Positions 23,348 through 30,821 of a DNA stretch of 43,460 bases are shown one piece after another (the stretch's first letter is position 1; every line of letters begins with the position of its first letter). Source of the DNA: a bacterium (GTDB lineage: Bacteria; Patescibacteriota; Minisyncoccia; Phycocordibacterales; Phycocordibacteraceae); the NCBI GenBank assembly GCA_021817705.1, contig JAKAGB010000001.1, forward strand, positions 1 through 43,460, written 5' to 3'. A program made the position numbers and the translations under genes. The notes under the pieces were generated by a model that made no database searches, was not told the origin of the DNA, and saw only the letters and a list, made by a program, of their open reading frames with translations.

Positions 23348-25192
23348 TTATTGGCGCGCCGGCGCAGCTGGCGCGCCGTCCTGCGCTGCCGCGAAGCGAC
23401 CCTTTTCCTGTTTTATCGCCAAAAGCTGCGACGGATCACTCGTGATTATCTGGTCTTCGGTGTAGCTCGCCACCACCTTTATTGCCACATGCTTCAAGCC
23501 CGCGAAGAAAAGCCCCTCCCCCACTCCTGCTTCGAGCAAGAGGTATTTTTCTTCGTCGGTAAGGTTGAACGTTTCTTGGAGCACATCAATCGTCGTCGGC
23601 GACTGTTTTAGGAGGAGCTGCAAGGACGAGTTCGTAAGGATCGGCCGGCCGTAGGGGCTCTTCAAGAAGTCCTCTACATCCTGGGTGATGGTGCAGACGC
23701 CGAGGTAGTACTTGCGGCCGCGTTTCGCCAAGGAATACAGGAACGAGGCGGTGTCCTCGCTCTTCATCATCCACCACGCCTCGTCGATGACGAGGAGCCG
23801 TTTTTTAAGCTCGTAGCGCACCGCATTCCAGATGTAGTGCGTGATGATGTACATGGCGACCGGCTTCAGCTCGTCCTCCATGTCACGCACGGAGAACACG
23901 GCGAACTGGCGCTTCAGATCGATGTTGGTCGGCTGATTCATGAATCCTGCCCACGTGCCGTGCGTGTATTTGGAAAGACGTTCGACCAGAGACACAGAAC
24001 CCTCCATGCCGGAGAGCACCTGCTCGAAGTCGGTCAAAAGCGGCGATTCGGCGCCCGTGAAGTCGGCATCACCCGTGATGTCTTTGAGTGCGTACGTCTC
24101 GGTAATCGCGCGGTCGATGATGGCGTCTTCTTCGGGCGATAGCCCGCCGAGCATAATGCGGAAGAGACCCACCAGGTTAATGATGTTTGAGCGCAAGATG
24201 TCTTTGGGGTTCTCGTCTTCTTTCACGGGCGGCAGGTCGAACGGATTTATGTGGTGTTCGGAAGAGAGCGAGATGTGGAACGAGCGACCGCCGGTCGCTT
24301 CTGCGAGCTGGTCGTACTCGCGCTCGGGGTCGATGACGATGACGTCCGTGCCGAACATGAGAGAACGCAGAATTTCGAGCTTCGTCGCGTAGCTTTTCCC
24401 CGAACCCGACTTCGCGAAGACGACCGAATTGTAGTTTTCCAAAGAGAAGCGGTCGAAGAGGATGAGCGAAGAGTTGTGGCGGTTGATGCCGTAGAGGATG
24501 CCGCGGTCCGAGGTGAGGTCGAAGGAGACGAACGGGAAGATGGAGGACAGGGGCGATGAATTGAGTTTCGAGTTCACGAGGAGTTCGTCGGTGCCTAAGG
24601 GCAGTGTCGAGCGGAACCCTTGCTCCTGCTGGAACAAGGCCGGCTTCGTGTACACGAGCTTCGCGTCGAGGATGCCGCGTATCTCCCCTTCGAGCTTGTC
24701 TATCTCATCCTGGCTGTCGCCATAGAGCGAAAGGTAGAGTCCCACATCGAAGAGCTTTTCCTGCGCCTGTTGCAGGTTGTCACGCAGCTGCTCAAGGTCC
24801 TGGTATGCGGTGTCGAGCATCGGGTCGCGCACGAGGCCGCGCGCCTCGCGTTCGGCAATCTGGCTCTGCACCTCGGCCACTTTCTTCTGGAAGGAGCGCA
24901 GCGCTGCCGCGGTCTCGACCGGATGTATGAAGATGGAGATGTCGAGCACGGAGTCGAGGTTGATGACCGGCGCGAACCAACCGTCCGTGAGGAATCGCGG
25001 GTAAGAGACGGTGTAGAACGTGCGCGCGAATTTCTCACCGAGCTGGAGTTCGCGCGGGCCGATCTTGAGAGCGGCGGGCGCGATGGTGTCGAGGAGGCTG
25101 AGTGCGCCTTTCGCGTAGATATCCTTCGGCAGGACCGGAACGATTTCCGGCGCTTCTTCTTTCTTCTTTCCGAGGAAGTCGAGTAAAGCCAT
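23348..25192 (-). CDS. virB4: VirB4/TrbE/TraC-family type IV secretion ATPase
   Basis: 614 aa from MALLDFLGKKK. Walker A FAKSGSGKSY, Walker B LLVIDEAWWMM, LAKRGRKYYLGVCTITQD. Confidence 0.88.
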   Translation of the reverse strand: MALLDFLGKKKEEAPEIVPVLPKDIYAKGALSLLDTIAPAALKIGPRELQLGEKFARTFYTVSYPRFLTDGWFAPVINLDSVLDISIFIHPVETAAALRSFQKKVAEVQSQIAEREARGLVRDPMLDTAYQDLEQLRDNLQQAQEKLFDVGLYLSLYGDSQDEIDKLEGEIRGILDAKLVYTKPALFQQEQGFRSTLPLGTDELLVNSKLNSSPLSSIFPFVSFDLTSDRGILYGINRHNSSLILFDRFSLENYNSVVFAKSGSGKSYATKLEILRSLMFGTDVIVIDPEREYDQLAEATGGRSFHISLSSEHHINPFDLPPVKEDENPKDILRSNIINLVGLFRIMLGGLSPEEDAIIDRAITETYALKDITGDADFTGAESPLLTDFEQVLSGMEGSVSLVERLSKYTHGTWAGFMNQPTNIDLKRQFAVFSVRDMEDELKPVAMYIITHYIWNAVRYELKKRLLVIDEAWWMMKSEDTASFLYSLAKRGRKYYLGVCTITQDVEDFLKSPYGRPILTNSSLQLLLKQSPTTIDVLQETFNLTDEEKYLLLEAGVGEGLFFAGLKHVAIKVVASYTEDQIITSDPSQLLAIKQEKGRFAAAQDGAPAAPARQ

Positions 25193-25193
25193 A

Positions 25194-25823
25194 CTATTGT
25201 TCGAGACGGATAGGGTTCTCAAGCTCGCCCGGATTGAATGAGCGGTAGAGGAGCTCGATGACCTCCTCGGTGCCGAGGGGCTCCGCGCGCACGCCGGTGC
25301 CCGAGAGCCCTTCAGCAACGAGGGCGAGCCGCTGCTCGAGCTGCACGCGGTCTTCTTCGAACGTGGTTTCAGGGGTCGCCGCGGTCTTCTTCGCGCCGAA
25401 GAAACTCGTGGCCGCCTGCGCTACCTCGACCTTCGGCGCGTACGGCACGACGATATAGAACGATTTGGTCATGATGTTCGCCTGGTCTGCGAACGAACGG
25501 ATGAATTCGATGTACTCGCGGAGCTGGATGCGCAGGAGCTCGGTCTTCTGCTCGGGCTCCTTTTTCGCGAGGAGTTCAAGGTACGGGCGCAGGTCCATCT
25601 TGCGCGAATTCACGACGATCTGTATCGAGAAATCGAGCGTGTTCAGAAACGACTGGAAGCCGAGCGTGACCGCGCGTTGCTCTTCCGTGCTCTTTAGCCC
25701 AAAGTTTATGGACGAACAGAGGAGGATGCCGCGATAGCCGCCATCCTTCAGGATGATGACGCCGTTCCGGATCTCTTTTACCGGGACGAAGTTCTGTGTC
25801 GCGCTTGTAGGGGTTGCGGCCAT
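25194..25823 (-). CDS. T4SS-associated protein resembling the N-terminal region of VirB4-type ATPases (hypothetical)
   Basis: 209 aa from MAATPTS. VPVKEIRNGVIILKDGGYRGILLCSSINFGLKSTEEQ pattern. 1-nt gap to the virB4 ATG. Confidence 0.55.
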   Translation of the reverse strand: MAATPTSATQNFVPVKEIRNGVIILKDGGYRGILLCSSINFGLKSTEEQRAVTLGFQSFLNTLDFSIQIVVNSRKMDLRPYLELLAKKEPEQKTELLRIQLREYIEFIRSFADQANIMTKSFYIVVPYAPKVEVAQAATSFFGAKKTAATPETTFEEDRVQLEQRLALVAEGLSGTGVRAEPLGTEEVIELLYRSFNPGELENPIRLEQ

Positions 25824-25827
25824 AGGG

Positions 25828-26262
25828 CTACTGGTTTTTGCGCTCCGGTTTCTGCACGTCGAGTGACCACGCGAGCTGCTCGAGCTTGCCGCGCGTGAGT
25901 CGGGGCGCAGCGCCCGCCAAGGGCGGTGCAGCGGGCGTTTCCGGTTTTTTCTGCGCCGCTTGCGGCGCCTTCGGCTCCACATGCTTCCAAAGGAAGAGCT
26001 TCGCGCCCACGTAGTACGAAAAGGCAGCCTCCATCATCTCGATGAACGGCTTGCCATTCACCTTGTAGAACGAGAGCGCGACGCCGAGCGCGACGAACGG
26101 CGCGGCCACGAGGAATGCGATTACGAACGAGAGGTATGCGAATGCCGCGACCGTGATGCCCGCAGCACCGGCGAGATAGATGAATTGCTTCAGCGTGAGC
26201 GGCCCCACGATCTTGTTTTCTACCTCGATGAACTGCGGAACCTGGTATTCCATCATCGCCAT
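25828..26262 (-). CDS. PrgI family (VirB3-like) membrane protein
   Basis: YQVPQFIEVENKIVGPLTLKQFIYL followed by two TM helices. The start is possibly the 4th Met (26253), given the position of the -10. Confidence 0.75.
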   Translation of the reverse strand: MAMMEYQVPQFIEVENKIVGPLTLKQFIYLAGAAGITVAAFAYLSFVIAFLVAAPFVALGVALSFYKVNGKPFIEMMEAAFSYYVGAKLFLWKHVEPKAPQAAQKKPETPAAPPLAGAAPRLTRGKLEQLAWSLDVQKPERKNQ

Positions 26263-26269
26263 TCTAGCA
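26261..26269 (-). promoter_or_regulatory. extended -10 TGCTAGAAT overlapping the first ATG of the PrgI ORF
   Basis: Minus strand reads TGCTAGAATGGCGATGATGGAA. The expected TSS falls at Met3/Met4. Confidence 0.45.
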
Positions 26270-26278
26270 CCCGCGTGC

Positions 26279-26902
26279 TCACATTCCGGTGATTACGTGG
26301 AACAGAAAGAGTATGAATTGGTAGAACGGCGCGGCGAGGACGTAGGAAAAAACAATAAGGAAGAGCACGAGCGCGAGTATGCCAGAGGCGCGCACCTGGT
26401 TCTCGAACCGATGGAATCCCGACGCGAGACTCCACGGAAGTGCGGCGCGCACGACCGTGAATCCATCCAAGGGCGGGAACGGGATGAGATTGAAGAGGCC
26501 GAGGAAGAGATTCACGAAAGCGATGGTACCGGCTAAGGACGCCGCGGCGGGGAGCGTGGCGACAAAGAATCGCGCGAACAGCCCGAAGAAGAGCGCAAGG
26601 AAGAGGTTCGTGGCGCTGCCGGCCACTGCGACGAGTGCCTCGCCCCACCGCTGGTTCCTGAGGTTGTACGGGTTATACGGCACCGGCTTCGCCCACCCGA
26701 AGAGGATGGGCGAGCTCGAAAGCACGAGGAGCGCGGGGATGAGCACGGAGCCTATAGGGTCGATGTGCGGCAATGGGTTCAGGGTGAGCCGGCCGGAAAG
26801 CCGCGCGGTTGGGTCGCCGAGAGCGTCGGCGGCGTACCCGTGCGCCACTTCGTGCGCAATGATGGAGAGGAGGAGTATCGCGAGGGTCAGGGCGGTCACC
26901 AT
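26279..26902 (-). CDS. site-2 protease family (M50) zinc metalloprotease
   Basis: HEVAHG motif in TM1, LNPLPHIDPIGS, polytopic. Confidence 0.85.
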   Translation of the reverse strand: MVTALTLAILLLSIIAHEVAHGYAADALGDPTARLSGRLTLNPLPHIDPIGSVLIPALLVLSSSPILFGWAKPVPYNPYNLRNQRWGEALVAVAGSATNLFLALFFGLFARFFVATLPAAASLAGTIAFVNLFLGLFNLIPFPPLDGFTVVRAALPWSLASGFHRFENQVRASGILALVLFLIVFSYVLAAPFYQFILFLFHVITGM

Positions 26903-26909
26903 TGCCTAA

Positions 26910-26915
26910 AGTCTA
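26910..26915 (-). promoter_or_regulatory. -10-like TAGACT, 8 nt before the M50 protease ATG
   Basis: Minus strand reads CG TAGACT ttaggca ATG. Confidence 0.4.
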
Positions 26916-26922
26916 CGGTGTA

Positions 26923-26931
26923 TGGTAGGCT
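26923..26931 (+). promoter_or_regulatory. extended -10-like TGGTAGGCT, 10 nt before the rpmB ATG
   Basis: TGGTAGGCT gcggcaact ATG. Confidence 0.4.
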
Positions 26932-26940
26932 GCGGCAACT

Positions 26941-27183
26941 ATGGCACGAACGTGTGAAATCACCGGCAAGAGCACGCAGATCGGCGGGCGGTATTCTAAC
27001 CGTACCCGCGCGACGCAGTTCAACCCTACGGGCAAGGTGCGCCGCAAGGCAAACCTCCAGAAGCGCCGCATCTTTGTGCCGGAAATCGGCAAGACGCTCC
27101 TCGTGGACGTGTCGGTGAAGGGACTGAAGACTATTAAGAAGAATGGCGCATACGCGACCCTCAAGAAGGCTGGCGTCATTTAA
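26941..27183 (+). CDS. rpmB: 50S ribosomal protein L28
   Basis: MARTCEITGKSTQIGGRYSNRTRATQ..., 80 aa. Confidence 0.95.
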   Translation: MARTCEITGKSTQIGGRYSNRTRATQFNPTGKVRRKANLQKRRIFVPEIGKTLLVDVSVKGLKTIKKNGAYATLKKAGVI

Positions 27184-27198
27184 GACCTAAGGAACGGG

Positions 27199-27238
27199 AA
27201 ACGCGCGAGCCGCCCTGTTGGGGCGGCTCGCGCGTTTT
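27199..27238. terminator. 17-bp hairpin plus T-run; shared by rpmB (+) and the convergent 190-aa gene
   Basis: AAACGCGCGAGCCGCCC tgttg GGGCGGCTCGCGCGTTT T. Confidence 0.8.
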
Positions 27239-27810
27239 CAACCGGGCAAGCGCGTCCCATTTTCTAGATAGGTTCCCGCCGGCGTCGTTGACGCGAGCGG
27301 TACGCGAGCTGGCCCATATATGAGTGTGGCCGAAAGACCGTTCGGCGCCGATGCGAAAGAAATGAACGCACCCCCGCCAAGGTCGAGCTCGGCTCCGGGC
27401 GGAAGCGCGAGCGAGCGGAGCCCGCTCGCGCTTTCGGCATCGACAAGCGTGCGTTCTGTAGCGTTCGTTCCTGGGAACGCGGTACGCAGGAGCGCACCCA
27501 CGCGATACCGCGCCAGCACCGCCACCGCGCCACCCGCCGTGTCGGGTTTCAGGTTTGGCAGCACGAGCACGGTCAAGGAGCGCTGCCACGGCAAGAGCGT
27601 AGTGCCAAGCCCGCGCAATACCGATGCATCGGCTCCGGCGCCCACCAAGACGCGCGTTGCGCCAATAGTAACGAGCGTAGCAGCGCCCTGTCCTTCCGCC
27701 ACCTGTGCGACGCGCACGCCGTTCGGGGCATGGAGCGCATGCCACACGATCCCATTCATGAGCACGAGCGCGAGAAGCGCAAGCACGAGACGCGTGCGGG
27801 TGATTCCCAT
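27238..27810 (-). CDS. membrane-anchored degenerate metallo-beta-lactamase-like protein (resembles a detached ComEC C-terminal domain lacking the HxHxDH motif)
   Basis: N-terminal TM helix. VAEGQGAATLV aligns by eye with the DVGQGDA motif. LVLPNLKPDTAGG sits where THxHxDHxGG is expected. Confidence 0.5.
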   Translation of the reverse strand: MGITRTRLVLALLALVLMNGIVWHALHAPNGVRVAQVAEGQGAATLVTIGATRVLVGAGADASVLRGLGTTLLPWQRSLTVLVLPNLKPDTAGGAVAVLARYRVGALLRTAFPGTNATERTLVDAESASGLRSLALPPGAELDLGGGAFISFASAPNGLSATLIYGPARVPLASTTPAGTYLENGTRLPG

Positions 27811-27816
27811 GCGGCA

Positions 27817-27822
27817 ACTATA
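27817..27822 (-). promoter_or_regulatory. -10-like TATAGT, 7 nt before ATG 27810
   Basis: Minus strand reads CCG TATAGT tgccgc ATG. Confidence 0.45.
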
Positions 27823-27830
27823 CGGCAGGG

Positions 27831-27839
27831 TGGTAGAGT
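27831..27839 (+). promoter_or_regulatory. extended -10-like TGGTAGAGT, 9 nt before the SOD ATG
   Basis: TGGTAGAGT acgtgcat ATG. Confidence 0.45.
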
Positions 27840-27847
27840 ACGTGCAT

Positions 27848-28459
27848 ATGGCTTACACCGAAAAGAAGTTCGACCTCCCTGCGCTCGAGGGGATTTCCGA
27901 GAAGCAAATAACCGTGCATCTCGGACTTTACGCAGGCTATGTGAAGAACGTGAACCTCATCATGGAAACTCTGAAGGGCTACGCCGCCTATGGCGATAAG
28001 GCGAGCGAGGGCGACAAATTCGCCATCGCGGAGTTGCGCCGCCGGCTCGCCTTCGAGTTCGACGGCATGCGCATGCACGAGTACTACTTTGAGCAATTCG
28101 AAGGCGAAAAAGGCGGGTCGCCCGAATCCGGCCTAGCCAAAGCAGCCGCGGATAAATACGGCAGCGGCGAGGCGTTCATCGCGCATATAAAAGAAGTTGC
28201 GGCCACGCGCGGCATCGGCTGGGTGGTGGTGTACTACGACCCGCGCGGCAAAACCCTGCACACAAGCTTTGTAGCGGACCATGAGCTCGGACAGCTCGCG
28301 GGACTTCCCGTCATCCTCGCGCTCGACCTGTGGGAGCATGCGTTCATGGTCGACCGCGTGCCCGCAGAAAAGAAGGACTACGTGGATGCCTTCCTCGCGA
28401 ACCTCAACTGGAGCGTTGTTGAAAAACGATTTGAGGCCGCCACAGCGAGCGCGGCGTAA
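27848..28459 (+). CDS. Fe/Mn superoxide dismutase family protein
   Basis: 203 aa from MAYTEKKFDLPAL. Putative ligands are present (TVH, RMHEYYF, DLWEHAFM). The GKHH stretch is replaced by GLYA. Confidence 0.85.
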   Translation: MAYTEKKFDLPALEGISEKQITVHLGLYAGYVKNVNLIMETLKGYAAYGDKASEGDKFAIAELRRRLAFEFDGMRMHEYYFEQFEGEKGGSPESGLAKAAADKYGSGEAFIAHIKEVAATRGIGWVVVYYDPRGKTLHTSFVADHELGQLAGLPVILALDLWEHAFMVDRVPAEKKDYVDAFLANLNWSVVEKRFEAATASAA

Positions 28460-29871
28460 GCAAGGAGTACCGCCACGAACGGGAACGCGGGAATAATGGT
28501 ATGGGCGAACGGAAGCGCGGCCGAGAGCCGCGCGACCGCTATCACATACGCAGTGCTCGCATACGCGGGCAGCGCGAGTGCGATTGCAAGAGTTTGCGGC
28601 AGGAGGCCTCCCGTGATTCCTGCGAGCGCGGAGAAACCCATAGCCGCGGGCATGATAGGCATGACCGCGAGGTTCGCTGGCACGGCGATGAACGATAGAT
28701 TTCCTGTGAAATAAAGGAGGAGCGGTAAGACGCCGAGCTGCGCCGCGAGTGTCGTGGCTCCCGCCTCGCGCCAGAAAGCGCTTCGGAGGAATGCGAGACG
28801 CACTTCGATCGGTTTTTGAAATGCGATGAGTCCTGCGGTTGCCGCGACTGAAAGCGCGAAGCCCGGGTCGAACGCGAGAAAGAGCGGGTTATAGAGCAGC
28901 ATGAGAAGCACGACGAGGAGGAGCGCGCGACCCGCTGCGTACGTGCGACCGGTCGCGTGCGCATACAGGGCGATGAGTGCCATGAGCGCGGCACGGATCG
29001 CAGTCGAACTCGCGCCGGCGATGCCGACGAACAGAATGAGCGCAAGTGTTCCTCCGGCTGCCTGCACCCGTCGCGGAAGCCGCGCGTACGCGAAAAGCTC
29101 CATGACCCACTCGGCCACCACCATGACGTTGTATCCCGAGAGCACGATGACCTGCACGAGCCCGCTCGCAATAAACGCATCCTCTAAGGACGTGCCGAGT
29201 CCGCTCTTGCCGCCTATGACGATACCGCCCGCCAAGGACGCGTACGGCTCGGGAAGCGCTTGCTCAAGGCCGCCGAGGAACCAGCGTTTCATGCGTGCAA
29301 GAAGTGCTGGCAGCGAGTACCACGGCGCGGGCGCGTCGACCGATAGGTATGCGTAGTTGAGTAAGAAGCGGATGCCGTCTTTTTGCAGGTATTTGTCGTA
29401 GCGGAAGACGCGGCCGTCGTCGCTTGCGAACGCTGCCGGTAGCGCAAGCGTGCCGGAAACGTATACACGGTCGCCCACGCGCGCGGTCGTGGCGCGCGAC
29501 ACGACGGCGAGCACGACGGTCGTTTCGTTGCCGGAAGAGACGCGCACCGGAATGCGCGTGGAGGCGTCGCGCACATCAGGCTCCCCCACCACAACGCCGT
29601 GGTACGCGACTCGGTGCTTTACTTGCGCGGAAAACGAAGGCGGCAGCGGCGAGTCGGCGAGCGCTGCGCGGCCGATACCGAGCGCGAGCAGAATAAAGAA
29701 CAACGCGCCGACCTTGTATATAGAGCGCTGTCCCTCGAAAAGACTCGGGACGACGATAAGAATCGTCGCAAGCAAAAGAGCAAACGCCGCCGCCGGCCAC
29801 CCCACATGAAAAAGCGAGCGGACAAATATGCCGCTCGCAAATCCTTCCACGAGCGCGAGCAGGAAGCTCAT
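28378..29871 (-). CDS. comEC: DNA internalisation competence protein ComEC/Rec2 (DUF4131 OB-like plus competence channel domains, no MBL domain)
   Basis: N-terminal TM helices, OB-like region VVGEPDVRD...RVYVSGTL, polytopic domain with GLVQVIVLSGYNV. The 3' end overlaps the convergent SOD gene by 82 nt. Confidence 0.9.
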   Translation of the reverse strand: MSFLLALVEGFASGIFVRSLFHVGWPAAAFALLLATILIVVPSLFEGQRSIYKVGALFFILLALGIGRAALADSPLPPSFSAQVKHRVAYHGVVVGEPDVRDASTRIPVRVSSGNETTVVLAVVSRATTARVGDRVYVSGTLALPAAFASDDGRVFRYDKYLQKDGIRFLLNYAYLSVDAPAPWYSLPALLARMKRWFLGGLEQALPEPYASLAGGIVIGGKSGLGTSLEDAFIASGLVQVIVLSGYNVMVVAEWVMELFAYARLPRRVQAAGGTLALILFVGIAGASSTAIRAALMALIALYAHATGRTYAAGRALLLVVLLMLLYNPLFLAFDPGFALSVAATAGLIAFQKPIEVRLAFLRSAFWREAGATTLAAQLGVLPLLLYFTGNLSFIAVPANLAVMPIMPAAMGFSALAGITGGLLPQTLAIALALPAYASTAYVIAVARLSAALPFAHTIIPAFPFVAVLLAYAALAVAASNRFSTTLQLRFARKAST

Positions 29872-29877
29872 GCGCTC

Positions 29878-29883
29878 ATCCTA
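29878..29883 (-). promoter_or_regulatory. -10-like TAGGAT, 7 nt before the comEC ATG, overlapping the upstream gene's stop
   Basis: Minus strand reads GCAG TAGGAT gagcgc ATG. Confidence 0.4.
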
Positions 29884-30138
29884 CTGCACTTCAACCGTGC
29901 CGTCGTCCTTTACGAGGAACGTGGCAAGCAGTGCTTGGCGCGTTTCCTGTCGTGAATCCGTTTTGGCGAGCCGCACTTCCATGAGTATGTTGTTCCCTTG
30001 TTCGCGCGCATGTAAACGCACGCGCGCAAATTCGGAAACGGTGAGCTTCGGTCTGCCCGCTGCCGCGAGGAGTTCGTTGATTTTCTCCATGGTCGCAAAG
30101 CGGTCGAGCGCACGCTGTTTTGGCGGCCGTATCGTCAT
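29881..30138 (-). CDS. small hypothetical protein (85 aa), possible ribbon-helix-helix-like DNA-binding protein
   Basis: GGGAG lies 6 nt before the ATG. INELLAAAGRPKLTVSEFARVRL resembles an RHH helix pattern (weak, by eye). Confidence 0.5.
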   Translation of the reverse strand: MTIRPPKQRALDRFATMEKINELLAAAGRPKLTVSEFARVRLHAREQGNNILMEVRLAKTDSRQETRQALLATFLVKDDGTVEVQ

Positions 30139-30190
30139 CTTTTTCTCCCGTCTGTTTCCGCGCGGATACTACGCGCCGAAGTTGGCGTGG

Positions 30191-30625
30191 TCAAGCCCCT
30201 CGATCCATCGCTTCGTTTGCAAGAAAATCCGCGTCTTTATTCTGTTCGCGGCGGACGTGTATGAAGGTGATGGAGGCGAGCGGCGCGGCGAGCGAAGCGA
30301 GCCGCGCATTCTGCACCTTCATGTCCGGGTGCTTCACTTTGTATTCTCCGCGCATCTGCTTCACGACGAGCTCGCTGTCCATCTTCACTTCTACGGTAGT
30401 GTTCGCGAGCTTCCCTGCCGCAAGTTCGTGCACTTTTTTAAGCGCGCGGATGACCGCTTCGTATTCTGCGAAATTGTTCGTGCGAATCCCGAGGAAATCT
30501 GAAACGCTCGCGACGATTTCGCCGAGCTCGTTGCGCACCACGGCGCCCGCGCCAGAGGGCCCCGGGTTTCCGCGCGCTCCGCCGTCGGCATGGATGGTGA
30601 ATTTCACCCCGTTAGAAGTCTTCAT
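30191..30625 (-). CDS. rnhA: ribonuclease HI
   Basis: IHADGGARGNPGPSGAG, NNFAEYEAVIRAL, DSELVVKQM, REQNKDADFLAN (DEDD residues are present). Confidence 0.9.
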   Translation of the reverse strand: MKTSNGVKFTIHADGGARGNPGPSGAGAVVRNELGEIVASVSDFLGIRTNNFAEYEAVIRALKKVHELAAGKLANTTVEVKMDSELVVKQMRGEYKVKHPDMKVQNARLASLAAPLASITFIHVRREQNKDADFLANEAMDRGA

Positions 30626-30808
30626 GCAAAAAGATTTTATCGTATATTTCGAATAACTCGAACAGCGTTCATTGGACGAGAGGAATATGCCGCTACTGTT
30701 TTTGTAACGACTAAAATCTTTTTGCCTGTCGCGGAACTAGCGCCTGTGCTTTTTGAACCTGCGTATTTTTTCGACCGTTCGAAACACCTCGACAGACTTC
30801 TAACGGGG
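30607..30808. repeat. nested perfect inverted repeats around the rnhA start: outer 15 bp (30607..30621 / 30794..30808), inner 14 bp (30626..30639 / 30712..30725)
   Basis: CCCCGTTAGAAGTCT pairs with AGACTTCTAACGGGG. GCAAAAAGATTTTA pairs with TAAAATCTTTTTGC. The inner repeat contains the rnhA -10-like TAAAAT (30634..30639, minus strand, 9 nt before the ATG). Confidence 0.9.
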
Positions 30809-30821
30809 CAAGTGCCGCGCA

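Noticed and set aside
26931-27821. 12-nt direct repeat TGCGGCAACTAT at 26931 and 27810, both in promoter regions
   Set aside because: Exact 12-mers recurring once within a 43-kb window are expected by chance on a rough count of pairs versus 4^12. There is no extended similarity around them.
27320-27847. 176-codon N-terminal extension of the SOD ORF
   Set aside because: It is antisense to the 190-aa MBL-like gene and has Ser/Ala/Arg/Pro-rich low complexity. SOD family proteins start near MAYTEKKFDLPAL, and a -10 element precedes that ATG.
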